Part shown: positions 57,701-64,000 of the stretch, one piece after another | How positions within the stretch are numbered: the stretch's first letter is position 1 | Layout: each line of letters begins with the position of its first letter | NCBI RefSeq assembly: GCF_002868845.1 | Contig: NZ_PKUB01000041.1 | Location: 102,710-166,709, forward strand | Direction: 5' to 3' | Length of the DNA: 64,000 bases | Source: Desulfuromonas sp. | GTDB lineage: Bacteria > Desulfobacterota > Desulfuromonadia > Desulfuromonadales > BM501 | The notes under the pieces: generated by a model | What the model saw: the letters and a program-made list of their open reading frames with translations, nothing else | Database searches by the model: none | What the model was told of the DNA's origin: nothing | Made by a program: the position numbers and the translations under genes

Positions 57701-58293
57701 TGCAGACGCTGACGACCAAACTCCCAGTCTTTGCCGCTGGCGGATTGAAACTCACCTTTGAAATCGTCCAGCTTTCCGGCTTCATCCAGTTCCCGTTCGA
57801 GCTGGGCGACATAACCTTGCTTGCCATAGTAGCCGCAGGCCTCGTCAAAGACCTTGACGAACACCGAAAGCAGTGCATCGATCTCGGTTTTGCTGATAAC
57901 ATCGGCCTTCTGGTCGATATTGAAGAGAATGCTGCGGGAAGGGATAGTTACCGCGCGTTCCAGGTCTTTCTTCAGGATTTCTTCGTCCTGTATCTCCTTT
58001 CTGGACAGGAAAAGATCCAGAACCGAAGAGCCTTCAACCGTACGATTTTCGAGCAGCAGGGCGAGCATCTTTAACAGGTGCGATTTACCGGAACCGAAGA
58101 AGCCGGAAAGCCAGACGCCGTTAGCGCCCGTATAGTTCAGATAGGCATCAAGAAATCGATCCAGACGCTTGATTATCTGATTCGTAAGAACATATTCATC
58201 AATTTCAACCTTCAGGCTCTCTTCGTCATCCGCCTTGATGACACCTTCGATATGACGATCGACCTTTTTCTCGAAAATAGTCTGTAACTTCAT
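54766..58293 (-). CDS. brxC: BREX P-loop ATPase BrxC
   Basis: About 1175 aa. Walker A GFFGSGKSHLLKM. The ATG at 58293 follows GGAGG. The longer track ORF to 58359 overlaps brxB. Confidence 0.92.
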   Translation of the reverse strand: MKLQTIFEKKVDRHIEGVIKADDEESLKVEIDEYVLTNQIIKRLDRFLDAYLNYTGANGVWLSGFFGSGKSHLLKMLALLLENRTVEGSSVLDLFLSRKEIQDEEILKKDLERAVTIPSRSILFNIDQKADVISKTEIDALLSVFVKVFDEACGYYGKQGYVAQLERELDEAGKLDDFKGEFQSASGKDWEFGRQRLQRFSEATDQAYGKATGQNTIGVLSKYKADYKVSIEDFAEQVNDYVNRQGKDFRLNFFVDEVGQYIAENTKLMTNLQTIAESLATKSRGRAWIIVTAQQDMDAVVGEMGQQQGNDFSKIMARFATKMSLTSANVDEVIQKRLLLKNEAGVGLLSDLYHQQENNLKTLFDFADGAKHYKNFKDREHFIRCYPFIPYQFTLFQVAIQSLSNHSAFEGKHSSVGERSMLGVFQQVAVHISYCGVGDLATFDLMFEGLRSSIKSQIQQAVIIAEKNLDNQFAIKLLKALFLVKYVKDYKATIRNLCVLMLDSFDRDLSDLRKEVEGALNLLEQQTYIQRNGEEYEFLTDDEKDVEQEIKNTAVEPADIAGELAKVVFDQVLRSKKIRYDDNGQDYAFSRKLDDQLHGRESELGIHVISPFHDHAGKEEIVRMQSMGRDELLVVMNPDERLIRDLMMYKRTEKYVRQNVSVTQQDAIKKILTEKSFQNQERYRDLQQRVKTQLGKARLFVNGEEIEQGGEEPIGRITKGFYRLIQAVYPNLRMLRGVTYSESDINGFLQQGEAGLFADDKATVSEAEQEILAFIQTNNQGGVRTSLKSLIERFEKKPYGWYQASILCITAKLSARGKIEVRNDSDVLEDATLERALKNSHGYPQVLITPQLAFSAGQVRLLKDFFSDFFDSPATSGEAKALAKETGEAFQKLQTELAQLASHIKEYPFLAALGEPRERIQEIAGKPYTFYLADLGKVEDSLLDLKEQVLDPIRQFMSGSKKELYNQARQFLQAQEANFAYVGGDKGQKIRELLESSDCYKGNTIQQVKTQVESLGQEIFAQVQEERNRAMETVQGLRDQLEAMSEYRQLSEDQQQQLGQPFETFLRDSEGQPLIAVLRESASRFKTVTYPQLLNRMTTFLEPPQPAGEYEETGEHDDEQPGVKEPPPVQFVSSSTLPICFAKSCLSDSQDVEEYLDAFRKVLLQEIEAGKRVTI

Positions 58294-58309
58294 TGAACGA
58301 TTCCCTCCG

Positions 58310-58921
58310 TCAAACTTCGCAATGGAAGATATTAAATGCCCGGTAATATTTGTCGTCACGCAGGCGGCCGAACAGGTCGAGCGAGGCCCCTTGTTCTAGG
58401 GAGTGAGTATATTCCCCCGGAAAAAACATGACTGTGGGTTTGTGCTTGGCGGTACTTTGCAGATTGTTCAGCACATTGTGTGACCGGATATAGGGAAAGA
58501 CCTCGCCAACTCCCCCCAGAAACATAACGTCGAAAGTCTCGGCTTGCATTTTACGGGCAATGGCCGGGATCAAAGAATCCCTCGCATCAAGAATCCCCTG
58601 CAGGTCCTCTTTCAGATCCTGCTTGGACATATCCCCTTCATTCTCAAGGTACCAGCCCCAGTCACCATTCTCTTTGAGGATCTCCACCGCCAGATCATAG
58701 AGATTAATGTTGAGCACCTGGATGCCCTGCTGGGACAACTTATTGACGAGCTGGCGCTGTATTCTCTCCATCTCAACCGCGTCACCTGGCTTGAAGGGAC
58801 AGATAAAAAACGGAACTTCATTCCCCAGCCCCTGCATCCTCAGAAAACGCTCGCTGCTGATCAGATCAAACAGGTGCTGGAACTGTTCGCCAAGCGGACG
58901 GAGGTCATAGCCTGTGGTCAT
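58310..58921 (-). CDS. brxB: BREX protein BrxB (DUF1788 family)
   Basis: About 203 aa. The position between brxA and brxC and the size fit BrxB. The ATG at 58921 overlaps the brxA stop (ATGA). Alternative GTG at 58930. Confidence 0.8.
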   Translation of the reverse strand: MTTGYDLRPLGEQFQHLFDLISSERFLRMQGLGNEVPFFICPFKPGDAVEMERIQRQLVNKLSQQGIQVLNINLYDLAVEILKENGDWGWYLENEGDMSKQDLKEDLQGILDARDSLIPAIARKMQAETFDVMFLGGVGEVFPYIRSHNVLNNLQSTAKHKPTVMFFPGEYTHSLEQGASLDLFGRLRDDKYYRAFNIFHCEV

Positions 58922-59523
58922 CGGGTCCACTCCTGAATATCCATATCCGAAATCGGATAAACTGCAAAAAGGGCCGGGTCGTCAGCCTGAATCACCCTGG
59001 CTGTCTCGGCACCAAGAATCGTCGGGACAATCATGTTTCCAGCCGTAAGAATTTCCGCTTCGTGAAGCATGCGGAACAGAACCTGGCGAATCTTCTTCCG
59101 AGTCGATTCGGAAAGGCCATCCAGACCGTCATCCCATTCGGCCTTGGCATTGAAAAAACTGTCAAAATCATCGTAGCTCAGCAAATAGTCGAGTTTTAGA
59201 TACTTTTCACGGACAATTTCTTCGCCGAACTCCCGGATAAATTGATATCTCTTGGCTGCAGCCAGCCAAAGCATTTGCAGTTGTTCTGTGCGGCCACCTT
59301 CGCTCAGAAGCACGAGCTGTTCTTCTGTCAGCTCGCGTAGCCTGTGAGAAATTTCGCGTATATTTCTCGTCTCTGAACTTTTCTTTCTAGACTGGAGGAT
59401 GTTCCGCTCATTCGAGGCAACCTTGGTCTCTTCCCAGGAACCGAGTTCCCGATAAATAGCTAACAGAGCCAGAGACTCCGTGTAGAACAGGCTCCCGTTG
59501 GTAAACGACATCCGATATGCCAT
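58918..59523 (-). CDS. brxA: BREX protein BrxA (DUF1819 family)
   Basis: 201 aa. First gene of the operon. The size and the helical, NusB-like character fit BrxA. The call relies mainly on position. Confidence 0.8.
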   Translation of the reverse strand: MAYRMSFTNGSLFYTESLALLAIYRELGSWEETKVASNERNILQSRKKSSETRNIREISHRLRELTEEQLVLLSEGGRTEQLQMLWLAAAKRYQFIREFGEEIVREKYLKLDYLLSYDDFDSFFNAKAEWDDGLDGLSESTRKKIRQVLFRMLHEAEILTAGNMIVPTILGAETARVIQADDPALFAVYPISDMDIQEWTR

Positions 59524-59868
59524 GAAAAATCACCTATTGATCGTTTATAGATTTCATGCCGTAATGCCAGTGCCCGCACGGCAATAAGCAATTTATGTCT
59601 TCTGGTTTGGAGAAGTCGCTATAAGGACAAATTCTAGCCAGAATCTTGCCGGCTGACCTGTCTTAAAAGCTAAAAAGAATTGTATTTTCTTGGTGTTGCC
59701 CCTCCAAACATGACTCAGGATAATATCACCTCAATCTTTTATTGTCGAAAGATATCTGGACATATGTAGCTCTCCCTTCCGATAGCGAGGGTAGTTTAAG
59801 CCCATCCATTTTTCTTGTGTTCAATAACCGCGCCTTCGGCACAGTTTGTTAGGTGAATTCATGACGAA

Positions 59869-59907
59869 GAAAATGACCGTTTCCGCAATGCTGAGACGGT
59901 CATTTTC
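59869..59907. promoter_or_regulatory. Perfect 12-bp inverted repeat in the BREX upstream region (operator or insulating hairpin)
   Basis: GAAAATGACCGT (59869-59880), 15-nt spacer, ACGGTCATTTTC (59896-59907). Confidence 0.4.
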
Positions 59908-59964
59908 TCTTGGGGAATATGCTTGAAGGCATTACTTAAGTTACTGAAATTACTACGAAAATGC

Positions 59965-59993
59965 TTGACTTTCCGGCTCGGAATTGATAAAAT
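59965..59993 (+). promoter_or_regulatory. Sigma70-type promoter with an extended -10, driving the plus-strand operon divergent from BREX
   Basis: TTGACT (59965-59970), 17-nt spacer ending in TGA, TAAAAT (59988-59993). Confidence 0.5.
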
Positions 59994-60036
59994 GTTAATA
60001 GATTGAATGGCCAGACTTACTATGAAAGGGGCTACG

Positions 60037-60330
60037 ATGCGAAGCGCAATCCTGACCATGTTGTCTCTGTCAATTTTTGCCGGAAAGTTTGACCCGGCAG
60101 CCATAGCAACCGCGGGTGCCAATCTCGTTAAAAGCGTTCTTGAGATCACGGTTGAGACGATGGACCTCCCCTCCAAGATCCCCCGGCAGACATTTACTCA
60201 ATTAAACCAGTCAAAGACCCCGGAGCCTTACGTCAGTTATTGCGAGGCCGCCGAAGACGCGGAGGTTGCTTTCGCGAGCTTCTATCAAGGGGGAGGGTTG
60301 GATCTTAAAGGATTTTACACTGATTTATAA
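60037..60330 (+). CDS. Hypothetical small protein with a hydrophobic N-terminus
   Basis: The ATG at 60037 follows GAAAGGGG. MRSAILTMLSLSIFAG is signal/anchor-like. Earlier in-frame ATGs lie at 60007 and 60022. Confidence 0.4.
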   Translation: MRSAILTMLSLSIFAGKFDPAAIATAGANLVKSVLEITVETMDLPSKIPRQTFTQLNQSKTPEPYVSYCEAAEDAEVAFASFYQGGGLDLKGFYTDL

Positions 60331-60346
60331 AAGTGGAGGAAATTGA

Positions 60347-60739
60347 ATGCTGCTAGAAAAGGCTCCGGCCTATGTGAAATTTATGGCTCGCCGAAAACAT
60401 AACAAGTGCCTGGTTTGCAACCATGGGTTGGGGGATGATGACATGGTGTTTATCGCACAGACTATAGCGGACAGCCGCTGGGTTGCGGCGGGAGCATGTT
60501 GTTTTAAGAAAATCTCTCTAGACACTATTTGTAGGATAAAAGTCAATCTCGGTAAAAACCCCTCGCGTGCAGAAAAGGCGATGGCCAAAGCTCGGATCAG
60601 AACAATGTTCACGTCACATGAAGATCCTCCGTTCGATCTTAGTGACTGTGACAGAACTGATGACCATAATGAGCAAAGCAGTCAGTGCCGGATTCTTACC
60701 TTTCCTTACTCAAATGAAACCATCCAAGAACATGACTAA
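60347..60739 (+). CDS. Hypothetical Cys-containing protein with an acidic C-terminus
   Basis: 130 aa. GGAGGA lies 7 nt upstream of the ATG. CLVC...CC cluster. 16 bp after the preceding ORF. Confidence 0.5.
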   Translation: MLLEKAPAYVKFMARRKHNKCLVCNHGLGDDDMVFIAQTIADSRWVAAGACCFKKISLDTICRIKVNLGKNPSRAEKAMAKARIRTMFTSHEDPPFDLSDCDRTDDHNEQSSQCRILTFPYSNETIQEHD

Positions 60740-61037
60740 ACTGTCTGAATGTACCCTTATTTGAATGACTACTGACTGTCTCTATTTGTTTCTCACCTGC
60801 CACTTTGTTAACAAAGCCTTGTTCCTTGTTATCCGCAACACAATAATCATCCTCTTTTAAGCAGCCGCCGAATTAGTCACTTTCGTTTGACTAAACCTGA
60901 GCCGCCACGCGACGGTATTTGCGACGATAGAAAGAGATGATCGTATTTGTCCTCCATCGAGACTTTTTTGACTAGAAATGTGCACTGAGTTCCCAATTTC
61001 TACTTGTAGACATTTTCTGATTAGTGGAGGCAAGAGA

Positions 61038-61643
61038 ATGAGTCAGCTAGAAACAGATGACGATATGGACTTGGCCGTGGGTTTGAGTCTTAAGGGAATT
61101 GCCGAGCAATACGGACTAACCACCAAAGTTCTTATTCGATTGCAGCGCGACCAGTTGATTGGAAAGCCGATCTGTCGGCGAGATATTCGTTTTTTGGAAG
61201 GTCTCTCGAAAGTTTGGTCCAGACCTTGGTATATACGACAGCAGGTATCGAGATATTCCAAGGCGCAGCGCCAACGGTTGATCCTGGACCGCCCGGAGTT
61301 ATCAGAAAAGTGGCAGCGGTGGGTGTATCGTCAGTATCTGGATTCAGATATTGAACGTGGAACCGGCGGGCGGATGCTGAACCCAGAGCGAATAATTAAA
61401 ATAAGGCTTCTTTGCAATACCCTTGAACAAATGTTCAATCTTAAGCCTACACCGCAGGTCGTCGCGACAATCAAAATCATCAGAAAGAAAGCTTATAGAG
61501 ACAAGGCTAAATTGAAACGACAAGATCAAGGCCTCGATCATAAGCCGCCGAATGTTGAAGAGGGGGGAGGCGTCAGTTCCTCCTTTCTGGACCAGGAGTA
61601 TTTCGATGTTCTTAAGACTCTATATCCGCACGCCGACCTTTGA
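61038..61643 (+). CDS. Hypothetical protein with a possible N-terminal HTH
   Basis: The ATG at 61038 follows GGAGG. LSLKGIAEQYGLTTKVLIRLQRDQLI is HTH-like. The remainder is basic and helical. Confidence 0.45.
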   Translation: MSQLETDDDMDLAVGLSLKGIAEQYGLTTKVLIRLQRDQLIGKPICRRDIRFLEGLSKVWSRPWYIRQQVSRYSKAQRQRLILDRPELSEKWQRWVYRQYLDSDIERGTGGRMLNPERIIKIRLLCNTLEQMFNLKPTPQVVATIKIIRKKAYRDKAKLKRQDQGLDHKPPNVEEGGGVSSSFLDQEYFDVLKTLYPHADL

Positions 61644-61670
61644 TTTTTCCAGATAGGAGTCTGAACTGAT

Positions 61671-62180
61671 ATGGACGATCCAACTATCGAGTATGCCCAT
61701 GAATTTTCTGCTCTTGTTGATGCTGGCAATCTAGTGTTTCAGCCGTTCGAGAATAATGGGGAGATAATAGGGCCGACAGTCCTGAGTTCTGGTGGTGGGC
61801 TTTTCCTTCTTGAATTTCGTGCGGAGAGGGGAATCGTCAAATGTTATGCTGACTGGCCGCGGCGAGTTCTGGCCCTAAGCGGCGGCCCTTTTCCCGGCGG
61901 TGATCCCGTCCACAAAGTTGTCAGGAAGTTTTTTTATCTGCAGGATTTTCTTCGCCAAAACCTCCGCGATGAGGTTCACATCCAGGGTTCTCTTGTCTTT
62001 CCTGATTGTTATGTTGATTTCCATCATAGCAAGAAATTCTCTCCCCTGAATGTGAATGTCATTCGCTTGAAATTCCTGAGTGATTACCTCAAAAGAAAGG
62101 ATCAAACTCGGGATAAGTGGAAGCATCTTTCTGCGGAGAGTTGCGAAGAACTCCGCATCCTCCTTGAATCTCTGCCTTAA
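61671..62180 (+). CDS. Hypothetical protein, weakly NERD-like (nuclease-related domain)
   Basis: 169 aa. GLFLLEFRAERGIV...W...DPVHKVVRKFFYLQDFL...GSLVFPD follows the NERD pattern loosely. The acidic/Lys catalytic positions are not clearly conserved. Confidence 0.35.
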   Translation: MDDPTIEYAHEFSALVDAGNLVFQPFENNGEIIGPTVLSSGGGLFLLEFRAERGIVKCYADWPRRVLALSGGPFPGGDPVHKVVRKFFYLQDFLRQNLRDEVHIQGSLVFPDCYVDFHHSKKFSPLNVNVIRLKFLSDYLKRKDQTRDKWKHLSAESCEELRILLESLP

Positions 62181-62407
62181 AGTTTGACATCTATACTGCG
62201 CAGTCCAAGGCGCAAGCGTCTTCTGCGATTCACGGGACCTCCGGGAATTATTTTTCTCTGCCTTCAAGTGATTGTATTTATTAGATGGATACCACACGTG
62301 GTGTGGAACATATTGAAATCACTAAATAAAACCTTGAATGCAGGTCGGATGAGAATTAAAATGGGTCGTGTTTTAAAGGGCAGTGAGGCGCATGTTTTTC
62401 ATAACAT

Positions 62408-62430
62408 CCGATAACGTTATCCGTTATCGG
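62408..62430. promoter_or_regulatory. Overlapping perfect palindromes upstream of the KfrA-like gene (candidate autoregulatory operator)
   Basis: CCGATAACG-TTATC-CGTTATCGG (9-bp arms), which contains GATAACGTTATC (a 12-bp palindrome). It lies 22 bp upstream of the ATG at 62452. Confidence 0.45.
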
Positions 62431-62451
62431 CAGGCATTGGAAGGGAGCGGG

Positions 62452-63069
62452 ATGGGAAGGAAAAAAATGGAACATAATGCACTGAAGCCTACATTTGAGC
62501 AGGTTCTACTAGCTTGGGAATTGCTGGAAAAGCAGGGTGTTAAGGCGACTGCGCGAAAGATTCTGGAGAGCACCGGCGGCGACATGGGGGTATTGCTAAC
62601 GCATTACCAGAAAATTCAAGAAATCAAGGCGAAGAGCGCCCAGCGAAAAGTGGATTTCCCTGCGTGGTTTCAGGAAGCTACTGAAGCGCTGGTCAATCGC
62701 AATGTCGAGATTGCCGTCAGGGATATAGAAGAGAGTCTTCAGTTTCAGGGCGAAAACTTCACCAATGTACAAAGTGCCCTAGCTGAGGCCCAAGGCGAGG
62801 TAGGTGCCTTGGAGCAAGAGTTGGCGACGGAACGAGAGAAATTCGAGGGCGTCAGGCTCGATCTGGTTCAGCAGCTCGCCGCGACCCAGGAGAGATTGGC
62901 AGCAGCCCAGAAAGCCCTGGAGGGAAAAAGTCGGAAGATTGAAGCCCTTGAGAACGAGGTCCAACTCAGTAGAGATGCTGCGGCTCAAGAAAAAATTGCC
63001 GCCTTGAGCGAGATGGTACAAATGCTACAGAAGCAACCTCATTTGCATCCCCACCCACCCTCCGACTAG
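62452..63069 (+). CDS. KfrA-N-like DNA-binding protein with a long coiled coil
   Basis: PTFEQVLLAWELLEKQGVKATARKILESTGGDMGVLLTHYQK resembles the KfrA N-terminal DNA-binding domain. The rest is heptad-rich (ALAEAQGEVGALEQELATEREKFEG...). Alternative ATG at 62467. Confidence 0.5.
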   Translation: MGRKKMEHNALKPTFEQVLLAWELLEKQGVKATARKILESTGGDMGVLLTHYQKIQEIKAKSAQRKVDFPAWFQEATEALVNRNVEIAVRDIEESLQFQGENFTNVQSALAEAQGEVGALEQELATEREKFEGVRLDLVQQLAATQERLAAAQKALEGKSRKIEALENEVQLSRDAAAQEKIAALSEMVQMLQKQPHLHPHPPSD

Positions 63070-63108
63070 GAGAAGGGCGGGCAGCAGGAAAAGGAGCGCT
63101 TTAGATGC

Positions 63109-63241
63109 GTGCACAAAACCCTACTTTGTGCACTGTGTCTTCGGCGACTCGTCTGATAGTGAAATCAACCGAGAATCGGTGCATAAACTAGTGCTAAAAT
63201 CTAAGAGCATAAAATGCGTATCATTTTGCTTTTGTGCATAA
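63109..63241. promoter_or_regulatory. Repeat-rich region upstream of the serine recombinase (candidate res/crossover site)
   Basis: GTGCACAAA-N7-TTTGTGCAC (63109-63133). GTGCATAA recurs at 63179 and 63234, and AGCATAAA at 63206. CGTCTGATAG (63150) resembles a Tn3/gamma-delta res half-site, recalled from memory. Confidence 0.35.
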
Positions 63242-63261
63242 TTGAAGAAGGAGCTACTTAC

Positions 63262-63831
63262 GTGAGTGAAGGAAAAAAGATCGGCTACGCCAGAATTAGT
63301 ACCCCGACGCAGAATCTCGATTCACAAATGGACGATCTTCACGGTGCCGGTTGTGAAAAGGTTTATTCCGACACGATCAGCGGAACAAAGGAAAGTCGGC
63401 CAGGCTGGGATGACCTCTTGGGTTATGTGCGGGCAGGTGACACTTTGGTCGTTACAGAATTAAGCAGAATGTCGAGAAGCCTTCGCCACCTACTTCAGAT
63501 CGTCGAAGAACTTGAAACTCGGGGTGTGACCATTATCTCGCTGAGAGAAAACATTGATACGAAAACAGCGACGGGTCGTGCGTTCATTTCTATTATGGGG
63601 GCAATCGCGCAGATGGAACGCGAGCTGAAATCTGAACGGGCGGCAGCAGGGCGTGCCGCCGCAAAGGCAAGGGGACGCACTGGTGGTCGTCCGCGCATCT
63701 CTCCTGAGAAGATTAATCAAGCAACCATTATGTACCGGAACTCCAATATGTCTGCAGCAGAAGTCTGCAGTCAAATTGGCATTGCGAAGAGAACCTTATT
63801 CAAATATCTCAGCCAAGATTCTGTCGGATGA
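63262..63831 (+). CDS. Serine recombinase (resolvase/invertase family)
   Basis: The GTG at 63262 follows GAAGGAG. KIGYARISTPTQNLDSQ (catalytic Ser), GDTLVVTELSRMSRS, and a C-terminal HTH AEVCSQIGIAKRTLFKYL. Confidence 0.9.
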   Translation: MSEGKKIGYARISTPTQNLDSQMDDLHGAGCEKVYSDTISGTKESRPGWDDLLGYVRAGDTLVVTELSRMSRSLRHLLQIVEELETRGVTIISLRENIDTKTATGRAFISIMGAIAQMERELKSERAAAGRAAAKARGRTGGRPRISPEKINQATIMYRNSNMSAAEVCSQIGIAKRTLFKYLSQDSVG

Positions 63832-64000
63832 CATCTCCCTCAACATAAATACTTCACCAATTAAATATGCAACCTTAAACAAGACATACCAAGCGAAAAG
63901 TGATTCAACTCAGGTTTTCTGAACGGTTATAGGTAGCCAGCGCTCTCTGCCTCGGCTTTGTAGGCGAGAAGCTGTTCTGGGCTCGGACCGACTGTGCGAG

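Larger units (their letters stand above)
37380..64000. mobile_element. Integrated mosaic genomic (defence) island in comM; left junction about 37380, right end beyond the window
   Basis: comM homology is lost abruptly. A tyrosine integrase gene lies just inside the junction. G+C drops visibly (stepwise). Cargo is BREX, an AbiL-like pair, a nuclease and recombinases. Confidence 0.8.

Noticed and set aside
59859-60176. 105-aa minus-strand ORF spanning the BREX upstream region.
   Set aside because: It overlaps the strong plus-strand promoter and the start of the plus-strand operon. It has no SD, and its sequence has no recognisable features.
63927-64000. Minus-strand reading frame ending ...TVGPSPEQLLAYKAEAESAGYL-stop and running off the window.
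   Set aside because: Only about 24 codons are visible, which is too short to support as a gene or to identify.

Overview
The window has two parts. (1) Bases 1 to about 37.38 kb are a GC-rich chromosomal core (mid-60s % G+C by eye). Gene content suggests a Desulfuromonadales/Geobacter-type deltaproteobacterium; that taxonomic call is inference. It encodes a beta-rich surface protein, uvrB, cysS, a five-gene chemotaxis cluster (REC-CheR-TPR, cheW, MCP, cheA-REC, cheB), glnS, ispF/ispD, a CarD-family regulator, panE and a TPR/PBP1 periplasmic protein. It also encodes the hrcA-grpE-dnaK-dnaJ heat-shock operon with a CIRCE operator, hemW, nhaD, a C-N hydrolase, a CDF transporter, trxB, a REC-PilZ regulator, a 1491-aa CoA-activase-type fusion protein and the 5-prime part of comM. 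(2) From about 37.38 kb to the window end, G+C is visibly lower and the DNA looks like a mosaic genomic island inserted into comM. The right end of the island is not in the window. The island carries a tyrosine-integrase module (int, XRE-type HTH, a zinc-ribbon-rich degenerate recombinase-like protein) and a translationally coupled HipA-like mini-kinase plus DUF3037 pair. It also carries a secreted SNase-type nuclease and a complete type I BREX locus on the minus strand: brxA-brxB-brxC-pglX-[AAA ATPase + RloB]-pglZ-[100-aa acidic ORF]-brxL, followed by small trailing ORFs. Beyond BREX are two operons of unknown function, a KfrA-like protein and a serine recombinase. The best candidates for undescribed biology are the HipA-like/DUF3037 pair, the extra small ORFs wired into the BREX operon, the ATPase+RloB insertion, and the zinc-ribbon/inactive-recombinase protein in the integrase module. 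Three ORFs (the surface protein, uvrB and an island ORF) are each interrupted by a single in-frame stop codon. All calls come from reading the ORF translations and the DNA by eye. No searches were run, and start codons are best guesses.
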